From assembly GCA_965200495.1 (NCBI GenBank), contig CBDAUG010000001.1, positions 2,196,885 to 2,260,884 on the forward strand: a DNA stretch of 64,000 nucleotides, read 5' to 3'. Source of the DNA: Alphaproteobacteria bacterium. Its GTDB lineage: Bacteria > Pseudomonadota > Alphaproteobacteria > SP197. The position numbers and the translations under genes are program-made. Below are positions 51,428-60,370 of the stretch, one piece after another. A model generated the notes under the pieces. The model searched no databases, had not been told where the DNA came from, and saw only the letters and a program-made list of their open reading frames with translations. How positions within the stretch are numbered: the stretch's first letter is position 1; every line of letters begins with the position of its first letter.

Positions 51428-52957
51428 ATGGGAGAAACGCGTGGACGGCGCGGGGGACGGGCCAGACGCCATCGCGAGCGTATCGGCGCACCCATCATCC
51501 AGCAGCGTTACATCACGCGCGAGATTCCGGTCTACGAGCTTCTCGACGAGGCCGGAGTCGACCTGCTGCACCACACCTCCATGCAGATCCTCGAGGAAAC
51601 CGGCATCGACTTCCTCGATGACGAGGCGTGCCGCCAGTGGAAGGAGGCCGGGGCGGACGTCGCCGGGCAGCGGGTGCGGGTCCCGCGGGCCCTGATCGGG
51701 GACCTTCTCGCCAAGGTGCCGGAAAGCTATGTGCAGCTGGCGCGCAACCCTGAGCGCAGCGTCGTCGTCGGCGGCAGCAACACGGTCTTTGCACCGACCT
51801 TCGGTTCGCCCTTTGTGCGTGATCTTTCGAACCGGCGACGCTATGCGACACTCGAGGATCTGCAGAACTTCATCAAACTCGCCTACATGTCGCCGGTTCT
51901 GCACCATTCTGGAGGAATCATCTGCGAGCCGGTGGATGTGCCGGTACCCAGGCGCCATCTCGATATCGTCTACTCTCACATGAAGTATTCCGACAAACCG
52001 TTCATGGGCGTGCAGTCCGCACCCGAACGTGCTCTCGATTCGTGCCGGTTGTGCGAGATTCTCTTCGGCGCCGATGTCATGCGCGAGAACACGGTGATGA
52101 CGTCCGTCGTCAACTGCAACTCGCCACTTGTCTGGGACGGCTCCATGCTCGGCGCACTGCGTCACTATGCCGGGCACAACCAGGCTGTTCTCGTGACTCC
52201 GTTCATCATGGCAGGAGCCATGGCTCCGGTGGTGACCGCCGGCGCCATTGCCCAGCTCAATGCCGAGGTCGTGTCGGGCCTGGCCTATGCCCAGATTGTT
52301 CGTCCCGGAGTGCCCATGGTCTACGGCAGCTTTCTTGCGACTGTCTCCATGAGATCGGGAGCGCCGATGATGGGTACGCCGGAGACCTTGCAGATGATCT
52401 ATGCGGTGGGACAGCTCGCCCGCCGCTATCGGGTTCCGCTGCGCTCCGGGGGCATGCTCAACGGCGCCAAGATCGCCGATGCCCAGGCAGCCTATGAATC
52501 GATGCAGACCATGACGGCCACACTGCTGGCGGGGACCAACTTTGTGCTGCATGCCGCCGGCTGGCTCGAGGCGGGGCTGACGGCCGGCTACGGCAAGTTC
52601 ATCATGGACACCGAACAGGTGGCGATGCTGCAGAGTTTCTGTCGCCGGCTCGATCTTTCGGAGAATGGCCTCGGTCTCGAGGCGATTCGCGAAGTTGGTC
52701 CGGGCCATCACTTTCTCGGTTGCGCCCATACCAGGCGCAACTACCTCGACGGGTTCTTCATTCCCGAGATTGCCGACAACAACAGTTTCGAGCAGTGGCA
52801 GGCCGAGGGCGGACTCACCCATGATGAGCGCGCACTGGCCACCGCCCGCCGGCGCCTCGAGGCCTACGAGCCGCCGCCGCTTGACGAGGCCCGTGACGAG
52901 GCCCTGCAGGATTTCATCTCCCGGCGCAAGGCCGAGCTTCCCGATACCGTCACCTGA
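51428..52957 (+). CDS. Trimethylamine methyltransferase (MttB) superfamily protein, non-pyrrolysine type (e.g. glycine betaine:corrinoid methyltransferase-like)
   Basis: Arg-rich N-terminus MGETRGRRGGRARRHRER. TIM-barrel MttB core. No in-frame amber codon. Confidence 0.8.
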   Translation: MGETRGRRGGRARRHRERIGAPIIQQRYITREIPVYELLDEAGVDLLHHTSMQILEETGIDFLDDEACRQWKEAGADVAGQRVRVPRALIGDLLAKVPESYVQLARNPERSVVVGGSNTVFAPTFGSPFVRDLSNRRRYATLEDLQNFIKLAYMSPVLHHSGGIICEPVDVPVPRRHLDIVYSHMKYSDKPFMGVQSAPERALDSCRLCEILFGADVMRENTVMTSVVNCNSPLVWDGSMLGALRHYAGHNQAVLVTPFIMAGAMAPVVTAGAIAQLNAEVVSGLAYAQIVRPGVPMVYGSFLATVSMRSGAPMMGTPETLQMIYAVGQLARRYRVPLRSGGMLNGAKIADAQAAYESMQTMTATLLAGTNFVLHAAGWLEAGLTAGYGKFIMDTEQVAMLQSFCRRLDLSENGLGLEAIREVGPGHHFLGCAHTRRNYLDGFFIPEIADNNSFEQWQAEGGLTHDERALATARRRLEAYEPPPLDEARDEALQDFISRRKAELPDTVT

Positions 52958-52970
52958 CGGCGCAGACTGC

Positions 52971-53645
52971 TCACAGACCGGCAAGCGCCGGGACAAGGTC
53001 CGCCATGCGGTCGATCATGCGGTCGGCGCCCAGCGATGCGGGCGGCACCCCGGCATAACCGTAACTGACGACGACACACGGCATGCCGGCGCCGTGGGCG
53101 GCGGCAACATCGGCGTGACTGTCTCCCACCATGACGGCATCCGTGGCGGCCACATCAAGGCGGTCGAGAACGATCGCGAGATGAGCGGGGTCGGGTTTCA
53201 TCACGCCTGTGTCGCCGCCGACCACCGCGCCGATGGCCTCTTCGAGGCCGAAGGCTGCAACGACATGATCGGCGCCCGCCTGGCGCTTGTTGGTACACAC
53301 GCCGATCGCCGTGCCGTCCCGGCGAAGCGCATCAATGGTTCCGGCAACGCCCGGGTAGAGACTTGAAAGGCGCGTGCTGCGCGGCAGGTAGAACCGGCGA
53401 AACCTGTCCTCGATGGCAGATGCCGCTTCTTCGGGCATGCCCCCCGTCAGGGTCATGGCGCGTTCAAGCAGACCCGCCCAGCCGTTGCCCACCATGTCCC
53501 GCACCGCGCCCTCGGTCAGGGCCTGGCGTCCGAACTCGGCCATCACCATGTTGATGGCATCGGCGATATCGGGCGCACTGTCGATCAGCGTGCCGTCGAG
53601 ATCGAAGATGACGGCACGGAATCTGTGTCGCTGACGATCTGTCAC
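52971..53645 (-). CDS. gph: HAD-family phosphoglycolate phosphatase-like hydrolase
   Basis: DLDGTLIDS motif I, CTNK motif II, GDSHADVAAA motif III. Confidence 0.8.
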   Translation of the reverse strand: MTDRQRHRFRAVIFDLDGTLIDSAPDIADAINMVMAEFGRQALTEGAVRDMVGNGWAGLLERAMTLTGGMPEEAASAIEDRFRRFYLPRSTRLSSLYPGVAGTIDALRRDGTAIGVCTNKRQAGADHVVAAFGLEEAIGAVVGGDTGVMKPDPAHLAIVLDRLDVAATDAVMVGDSHADVAAAHGAGMPCVVVSYGYAGVPPASLGADRMIDRMADLVPALAGL

Positions 53646-53764
53646 GTCCGCGCCCGTGGCAGCCGACGATGACGGCTGTATGGTGTCATTGAGTGTTGCA
53701 ATTCTTGACTTCGGTCAGCGTGCTTGAGTGTGGCACCAACCGGTGGTTGCCGAAAGGGGTACTC

Positions 53765-55126
53765 ATGAATTCCGCTCTGGCCCTGAAGAATGTCGCCGTG
53801 GTCGTGCTTGCGGCAGGCCGGGGCACGCGCATGAAATCTGACCTTCCCAAGGTCATGCACACGGTTGTCGGCAGACCCATGGTCAATCACGTGATCGCCG
53901 CGGCTGCAGCGATCGGGCCCGAACGCATCGTTGTGGTGACCGGGCCCGGAGACAACCACACGGCCGAGGCCGTCAGGCCTGCCCGTGTCGTCGTCCAGCA
54001 GCGCCCGCGCGGCACGGCCGATGCGGTCAAGGCAGCTTGCGATACTCTTGAGGGGCTGGCCGATGACGGCGATGTCGTGGTGCTGTTCGGTGATGCGCCG
54101 ACGCTGCAGGCGTCCGCCATTCATGACCTTGTCGCAGTGCGACGCAACAGGGGTGCCGTGGCCTCGGTCCTGGGTGTGCACGTCACCTCCGACAACCGCT
54201 ACGGGCGGCTGGTGACCGGAGCCGACGGCTCCCTCGAGAGAATTGTCGAGTTTCACGATGCCAGCGAATCCGAGCGTGCCTCGACGCTGTGCAACTCGGG
54301 CATGATGAGCATCGAGGCGGGGCGTCTTGGTGCATTCCTTGACGAGGTTTCCAACGACAACACCAAGGGTGAATTCTATCTCTCCGATGTCGTCGCGATT
54401 GCCCGGCGCCGGGGCCTTGCGACCGCCGTTCTCGAGACCACCGATCCCGACGATACCGTCGGCGCCGATGATCGCGTGGACCTCGCCCGTTTCGAAGCGG
54501 TCATGCAGCGCCGCCTGCGTCATGCCGCCATGGCCGCCGGCTGTTCAATGATGGCGCCGGAGACGGTGTGGCTCTCCTGGGATACGGTGGTCGGACGCGA
54601 TGTCGTGATCGAACCGGATGTCGTGATCCGTCCGGGCGTGACGATCGGCAATGGCGCCATCATCCGCAGCTTCAGCCATCTCGAGGACTGTGAAGTCGGC
54701 GCCGGCGCCGTGATCGGCCCCTTCGCACGACTGCGTCCCGGAACCCGCATCGGCGCCGATGCGAGAGTCGGCAATTTCGTCGAGATCAAGGCCTCGACGC
54801 TTGAGGCCGGCGTGAAGACGAATCACCTGGCTTATGTCGGGGATGCCGAGGTCGGCGCCGGGACGAATCTCGGCGCCGGAGTCGTGATCTGCAATTACGA
54901 CGGCGTGACCAAGCACCCGACGCGGATCGGCAGGGACGCCTTCATCGGATCGAACGTTTCCCTTGTGGCGCCGCTCACGATCGGCGACGGCACGATGGTC
55001 GGCGCCGGCAGCACGATTACCCGGGACGTCGGCGACGATGCCATGGCTCTCGAACGGGCGCCCCAGACGGTTCGCGAGCGCCTGGCGCCCCGGTGGCGGC
55101 GCAACAGGTCGGGCGCCGGGGACTGA
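53765..55126 (+). CDS. glmU: Bifunctional UDP-N-acetylglucosamine pyrophosphorylase / GlcN-1-P acetyltransferase GlmU
   Basis: LAAGRGTRMKSDLPKV at the N-terminus; C-terminal left-handed β-helix hexapeptide repeats. Confidence 0.9.
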   Translation: MNSALALKNVAVVVLAAGRGTRMKSDLPKVMHTVVGRPMVNHVIAAAAAIGPERIVVVTGPGDNHTAEAVRPARVVVQQRPRGTADAVKAACDTLEGLADDGDVVVLFGDAPTLQASAIHDLVAVRRNRGAVASVLGVHVTSDNRYGRLVTGADGSLERIVEFHDASESERASTLCNSGMMSIEAGRLGAFLDEVSNDNTKGEFYLSDVVAIARRRGLATAVLETTDPDDTVGADDRVDLARFEAVMQRRLRHAAMAAGCSMMAPETVWLSWDTVVGRDVVIEPDVVIRPGVTIGNGAIIRSFSHLEDCEVGAGAVIGPFARLRPGTRIGADARVGNFVEIKASTLEAGVKTNHLAYVGDAEVGAGTNLGAGVVICNYDGVTKHPTRIGRDAFIGSNVSLVAPLTIGDGTMVGAGSTITRDVGDDAMALERAPQTVRERLAPRWRRNRSGAGD

Positions 55127-55132
55127 CAGGGC

Positions 55133-56956
55133 ATGTGCGGGATCATCGGTTATCTCGGGAGCGGCGAGGCGGCTCCGGTTCTCCTCGACGGACTGCGCCG
55201 GCTCGAGTATCGCGGCTATGACTCGGCGGGCATTGCCGTGCTCGGCGATGCGGGGATCGTGCGCCGGCGCGAGGCCGGCAAGATCGCCAACCTCGAGGCC
55301 GCACTGACGGCGAACGGCGTGACGGGTGAGGCCGGCATAGGCCATACCCGATGGGCGACCCATGGAGCGCCCACGCGCAGGAATGCCCATCCCCACATGA
55401 CCGGCCGGGTTGCCGTCGTCCACAACGGCATCATCGAGAATTATCGCGCGCTGCGTGAAGACCTGCGCGCCGGGGGGTGCTGTTTCGAGTCGGACACGGA
55501 TACCGAGGTGGTGGCGCACCTGTTTGACGCGTTGCTGGAAACCGAAGGGACTCCGTCAGCGGCGATGATGGCCCTGATGGACCGTCTCGAGGGCATGTTC
55601 GCCCTTGCCCTTCTCATCGAGGGCGCGGACGTGGCCATTGCCGGAGCGCGGCGGGGAGCGCCGCTGGCGGTGGGCTGGGGCGAGGACGGCCTCTTCCTTG
55701 CTTCCGATGCCATCGCCCTTGCGGGTCACACCCGCCAGGTCTCCTACCTGGAAGAAGGCGATCTCGTCCTTGTCCGCCGCGACGGCATCGATGTTCTCGA
55801 TACGGGTGGCCGTCCGGCGGCGCGCCCTGTGGTGGATATCGAACTGTCCGGCGCGGTGATCGGGAAGGGGAGCTTCCGCCATTTCATGGAGAAGGAGATC
55901 CACGAGCAGCCGGTGGCGGTCGGCGAGACCCTGGGCCGCTATCTCGACCCCGAGGCGGGTTCGATCACGATCCCCGGAGCGTCCCTCGGCCCCGGCGCGG
56001 TTGAACGGATGACCCTGATCGCCTGTGGCACCGCCTACTACGCGGCTCTCATCGGCAAGTACTGGCTTGAACGCCTGGCCGCATTGCCCGCCGACGCCGA
56101 CATTGCCTCGGAGTTCCGCTACCGCCGGGCGCCCATGGTCGAGAACGGTCTCGGTGTGTTCATCTCGCAGTCGGGAGAGACCGCCGACACCCTTGCCGCC
56201 ATGCGCTATGCCCGTGATCTGGGAAGGACCGTTGTCGCGGTGACCAACACCGAGACCAGCACGGTGGCGCGTGAGGCGGACCTTGTGCTTGCGACCCATG
56301 CCGGGCCGGAGATCGGTGTGGCCGCGACCAAGACGTTTACCTCCCAGATTGCCGTCCTCTTCTGCCTTGCCGTGGCCACGGCACGGGATCGCGGGGTCAT
56401 TGATCGTCATGAGGTCGCCCGCCTTGCCGGTGTCCTGACCACACTGCCCTCGACACTGGCGCGCGTCATCGCCATGGAGGACGCGTTCCGGCAACTCGCC
56501 TGGGAGATCGCCGAAGCGCAGCGTGTTCTCTACCTCGGTCGAGGCACCTCTGCAGTCGTCGCCATGGAGGGAGCGCTGAAGCTCAAGGAGATCAGCTACA
56601 TTCACGCGGAGGCCCATGCCGCAGGAGAGATGAAACACGGGCCGATTGCGCTGATCGACGAGCACGTTCCGGTCATCGTCGTCGCCCCGGGCGATGATCT
56701 CTTCGACAAGACGATGTCCAACGTCGAGGAAGCCAGGGCGAGAGGCGGCAGGATCATCCTCATTACCGATGAGGCGGGTGCGGCCGGTGCAGAACCCCTG
56801 GCCGACAGAATGGTCGTCCTGCCAACCGTCGATGCGCTCGTCACGCCGCTGGTTCACGCCATCCCGGTGCAGATGATCGCCTACCATGCGGCCATGCGCA
56901 AAGGCACAGACGTCGATCAGCCGCGCAATCTCGCCAAGAGTGTCACGGTGGAGTAG
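55133..56956 (+). CDS. glmS: Glutamine—fructose-6-phosphate aminotransferase GlmS
   Basis: MCGIIGY (Ntn Cys) at the N-terminus, two SIS domains, C-terminal …KSVTVE. Confidence 0.9.
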   Translation: MCGIIGYLGSGEAAPVLLDGLRRLEYRGYDSAGIAVLGDAGIVRRREAGKIANLEAALTANGVTGEAGIGHTRWATHGAPTRRNAHPHMTGRVAVVHNGIIENYRALREDLRAGGCCFESDTDTEVVAHLFDALLETEGTPSAAMMALMDRLEGMFALALLIEGADVAIAGARRGAPLAVGWGEDGLFLASDAIALAGHTRQVSYLEEGDLVLVRRDGIDVLDTGGRPAARPVVDIELSGAVIGKGSFRHFMEKEIHEQPVAVGETLGRYLDPEAGSITIPGASLGPGAVERMTLIACGTAYYAALIGKYWLERLAALPADADIASEFRYRRAPMVENGLGVFISQSGETADTLAAMRYARDLGRTVVAVTNTETSTVAREADLVLATHAGPEIGVAATKTFTSQIAVLFCLAVATARDRGVIDRHEVARLAGVLTTLPSTLARVIAMEDAFRQLAWEIAEAQRVLYLGRGTSAVVAMEGALKLKEISYIHAEAHAAGEMKHGPIALIDEHVPVIVVAPGDDLFDKTMSNVEEARARGGRIILITDEAGAAGAEPLADRMVVLPTVDALVTPLVHAIPVQMIAYHAAMRKGTDVDQPRNLAKSVTVE

Positions 56957-56999
56957 GCCCTTGTCCGCCGTTTGTGGCCGAGCTCGTGCGAGACGGCCC

Positions 57000-57741
57000 A
57001 GTGCTGTCGTCACCATGCTGCGCGGGCAGGCAAGATTGGCGCGCACGAATCCCCGGGTCATGGCGCCGAATGCGTTTCCTGCCCGAACAGGCGGGTTTTG
57101 TCCCCTCCATGAGTTTCTCTTCGTCAAGACCGGTGCCTGCGGTGTCGCGCCATCACCAGGACCACGGCGCCGGCACGTGCGCGCATGCCCCTGGCGTCGA
57201 CGGCAGCCATGGTGCCGGCGACGTGATCAGGCAGCGCGTCAAGCCAGGCGCCGCCGGGCGCATAGCCGGCGAGAGCGGCTTGCCGGGATGACACCCCATT
57301 CTCCGCTCCGGCGCACGGCGTCCTCGACCCTTGCAGGAAGTCCCCGGGATGCAATCACGAGAGTGCTGAGGCCCAGGCCGACGGGGTTCATCGTCTTCGA
57401 GAGACCGTTTGCCGCCATGACCTCGACATCGAGGTCGTCGCAGAGCGACAGCAATGGCACAGGACGTCCGGGAGGCACACACGAGATCGCCGTGCATTTC
57501 GTCGGCCATGACGCGGTGTCGCGCAGCGATCTCCGCGAGGCACCGAAATTCTTCTGCCGTGACGTTGCGCCCGGTCGGGTTGTGGGGGCTGCACAGGATG
57601 AAGAGCCGTGCGGCAGGCTTCTTCGCATGCCTCGAAGTCGGGGTCATGGGAGTCTCCCCGGCGCATCATCGCGCAAGCGACGACGCGATGGCCGTTGAGG
57701 AGAATGGCATCGAGAAAGGGCGGGAACGCAGGCGTCATCAC
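57000..57741 (-). pseudogene. Class-I/II PLP aminotransferase (MalY/PatB-like) remnant: 5'-truncated and frameshifted
   Basis: Three overlapping minus-strand frames carry successive aminotransferase motifs: TPAFPPFLDAILLNGHRV, then LCSPHNPTGRNVTAEEF…ADEMHGDLV, then AANGLSKTMNPVGLGLS. The first ~100 codons are missing where the island begins. Confidence 0.5.
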
Positions 57742-57806
57742 GATAGGGGGTCATCGCGCTGGGTTTCTGCATTGTCCCATCCCTGCTGCTGCGGGCGCAG
57801 AACCGG

Positions 57807-58169
57807 TTGGGGCTCAATCCGACGCAGCTCGCCGTGCTGATGCAGCTCTGCGACTTCTGGTGGGAATGCGATCGGAAGCCCTTTCCCGGCAAGGCGGTTC
57901 TCGCCGAGCGGCTGGGCATCAGTCCCCGTCAGGTGCAGCGCCACATCGTGGACCTCGAAACGGCGGGCCTGGTCAAGCGTGTCGCGCGTCGGGCCATCCA
58001 TGGCGGAAAGCTGAGCAACCTCTACGACCTCGGCGGGCTGGTGGCGCGACTGAAGAAGCTCGAAGTGGAGTTCCGCGAGGTGGACGAGGCCGCCAGAACG
58101 GCCCGCAGAGCTGTCTCCAGACGGGGATATCGTCAAAACCGTACCGGCGGTGCGGCGAAACTGTCATGA
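57807..58169 (+). CDS. Winged-helix DNA-binding protein (phage/plasmid replication-initiator-like HTH)
   Basis: LNPTQLAVLMQLCDFWWECDRKPFPGKAVLAERLGISPRQVQRHIVDLETAGLVKR. TTG start as listed. First gene of the inserted island. Confidence 0.6.
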   Translation: MGLNPTQLAVLMQLCDFWWECDRKPFPGKAVLAERLGISPRQVQRHIVDLETAGLVKRVARRAIHGGKLSNLYDLGGLVARLKKLEVEFREVDEAARTARRAVSRRGYRQNRTGGAAKLS

Positions 58170-58230
58170 GTGGATTGGGGAGTGAAACACGAACCCCGGG
58201 CGCATACCGGGTGGCAGAGGCGGGTCCGGG

Positions 58231-58965
58231 GTGTACGCAATGAATATGGCGGACCGGGGCCAGGACGTCAACGACTTCTGCTACGCGGACGACGTTCTCG
58301 CTGATATCGAGGTTCTCCTGTCGCGCGAGCGCCTCGGCACATATCTTGATGCCGCCCGGGAAGACCGGGAAGAAGCGGTCCGGCTCCATGTCTGGAACAC
58401 CGCGGTCAGCGCCGCCTTCTACGGACCGCTGCAGGTCCTGGAGGTCGCGCTGCGCAACGCCATGAACCGAAGACTTGGCGAACGATACGGCGTGGCTTGG
58501 TACGACAACAGCCGTGCGGGTTTGGACAGGGGCGCCCTGGAGCGGATCGCGAACGCCAGGGCCGACTTGGCGCGAGACGGGCATGGCGACGATTCGCGCC
58601 GGGTCGTGGCGGCCTTGTCGTTCGGCTTCTGGGTTTCGTTGCTGGGTCCCGGGGGCCGTGCGGCCGCAGGGCGCAGGACCAACTACGAGATGACGCTCTG
58701 GCGCCCGGCGCTGCGCGGCGCCTTTCCACATCGCGCCCCGCTGATTCGCAGACAGGCTCATCGGCCGTTGAACACCTTGCGGACGCTGCGCAACCGAATT
58801 GCTCACCATGAACCGATATTCGCGCGGAATCTCGTCGAAGACCATGAGCGTATCATGGAGGTTGCCGGATGGCTCTCGCCAGCGGTCCGAGCATGGATCG
58901 AACACCACAGCCGCGTTCCGTCCGTTCTCGACTCCAGGGGAAGCGCCGGCGATGTTCCGTTCTGA
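58231..58965 (+). CDS. Abi_2-family (AbiD/AbiF-like) abortive-infection protein
   Basis: LSRERLGTYLDAAREDREEAVRLHVWNTAVSAAFYGPLQVLEVALRNAM…ALSFGFWVSLL…LRTLRNRIAHHEPIF matches the Abi_2 signature blocks. Confidence 0.75.
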   Translation: MYAMNMADRGQDVNDFCYADDVLADIEVLLSRERLGTYLDAAREDREEAVRLHVWNTAVSAAFYGPLQVLEVALRNAMNRRLGERYGVAWYDNSRAGLDRGALERIANARADLARDGHGDDSRRVVAALSFGFWVSLLGPGGRAAAGRRTNYEMTLWRPALRGAFPHRAPLIRRQAHRPLNTLRTLRNRIAHHEPIFARNLVEDHERIMEVAGWLSPAVRAWIEHHSRVPSVLDSRGSAGDVPF

Positions 58966-59436
58966 CCGGTTGCTGTCTGACGCTCGGCGACCTGACGGTT
59001 CGTGAAGCGGGGCGGCCGTTTGCATCGGTGTTCGGACGCTGTCCGGAGGCCCGACGCCAATGTGTCCGTCACGGACCGATGTTCCGGGGTGGCGCAAACG
59101 GGCGATCGAATGCCAGGCCCGGGTCAGGCGAGCGCGGCAGAGGCGTCTTGCCATGCCGAGGTGGAGCGTCACCCGGTGGCGCTCGTCGGGCGTGACGTCG
59201 CCCTTGCCGTGCCGGCTCTTCGCCTGGCCGACGATAAGGCGGCGGAACGTGCGATCGTGGAAGATCGCGTCCGGATTGCCGACTGTCAGTTGTCATCCTG
59301 ACTGTTCCGGCTGATGCCCTCCGGGAATTCCACCGCGACGTCGTCTGCGGCCGGTCCACCTCGTCAACGAAATCATCTACAACAGGCTTAGGCCAACGCG
59401 CACCCCTCGATCGAGTGGACAGCGGACAGGAAAACC

Positions 59437-60182
59437 ATGACCGAATGCGATTACCGACCGGACCGTCAGAAGATCGCAGAAGCGATCGCCATCATCGCCA
59501 GAGCGTCCGCGGACGCGGATGCAGCCGCGCGCCGACCGGGCAAGAACGACGCACGATTCAGCCCGGCCGCCTGGCAACGCGAGTTCACGCTTCGCACAGG
59601 GCTGGCGCTGTCGCGGTGCGAAGTCCAGTCACTGCTCACGACGGACGAATGCGACCCGGTGACAGGCAATCCGAAAAAGAAACCGGAGATCTTCTGGCAT
59701 CCCGCATGGATGCTGCACGAGGCAGCCAAGCTCGGACAGGTCGTGGAACATCTCGATGCCCCGGACGACGGTCGTTCTGTTCAGTTCGATCGATCATCGA
59801 TAGCGGTCATCGTGCTGCTCGCTCTCGCCGTCGAACTTGCGTTGAAGGCACTGCAGTGGACGAACGGAACGGTCGGCCACCCGACCGTACGCACGACCTG
59901 CTCAAGCTGTTCAAGCGCCTGAAGAAGGACACGCGCGAACGGATTGAAGCGAACATGCCGGAGGTTCCGGGCATGTTTCCGGATATGCCGCAATGGCCGG
60001 GGATAAGGACCGCGCTGTCACGAGCCAGGAACGCCTTCATCGACTGGCGATACCCGTACGAACACCACGGCCTCTTCGTCGAAACCCCTGTACTGAAGAC
60101 TGCCCTCAAGGCCATTCTGGCCGTGCAGCCCGTCCACGTCGTGCGGGGCCAGACACTCGGAAATCAGGGGCGCCGCCAGTAA
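59437..60182 (+). pseudogene. HEPN-domain protein with unknown ~140-aa N-terminal domain, split by a +1 frame change near 59875
   Basis: Frame 1: M…SIAVIVLLALAVELALKALQWTNGTVG then stop. Frame 2 continues …RPPDRTHDLLKLFKRLKKDTRERIE…AFIDWRYPYEHHGLF… This gives the classic HEPN 'ALKAL…THDLL' helix pair and an Rx5H motif. RBS GGACAGGA is upstream of the ATG. Confidence 0.55.
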
Positions 60183-60370
60183 TCGACGAGAATGCCGACA
60201 ATCCGCGGAGCGCTGCCTGCGGGGAGGGCTGGCGCTCGGCGAGAGCCTCACAATGACCGGGAGGCCGTCGAGTCACACGCAGGTTCAAGAGCAGACGAGG
60301 CCGGCAACCGCGGCTCGCGGTATCGTCGACGTTCGCCTGCAAGTGGTGAACAGATGCGGTGCACTTGCTA

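Noticed and set aside
57973-59172. 399-aa minus-strand ORF
   Set aside because: Antisense to the Abi_2 gene and the island intergenic region. No domain signatures.
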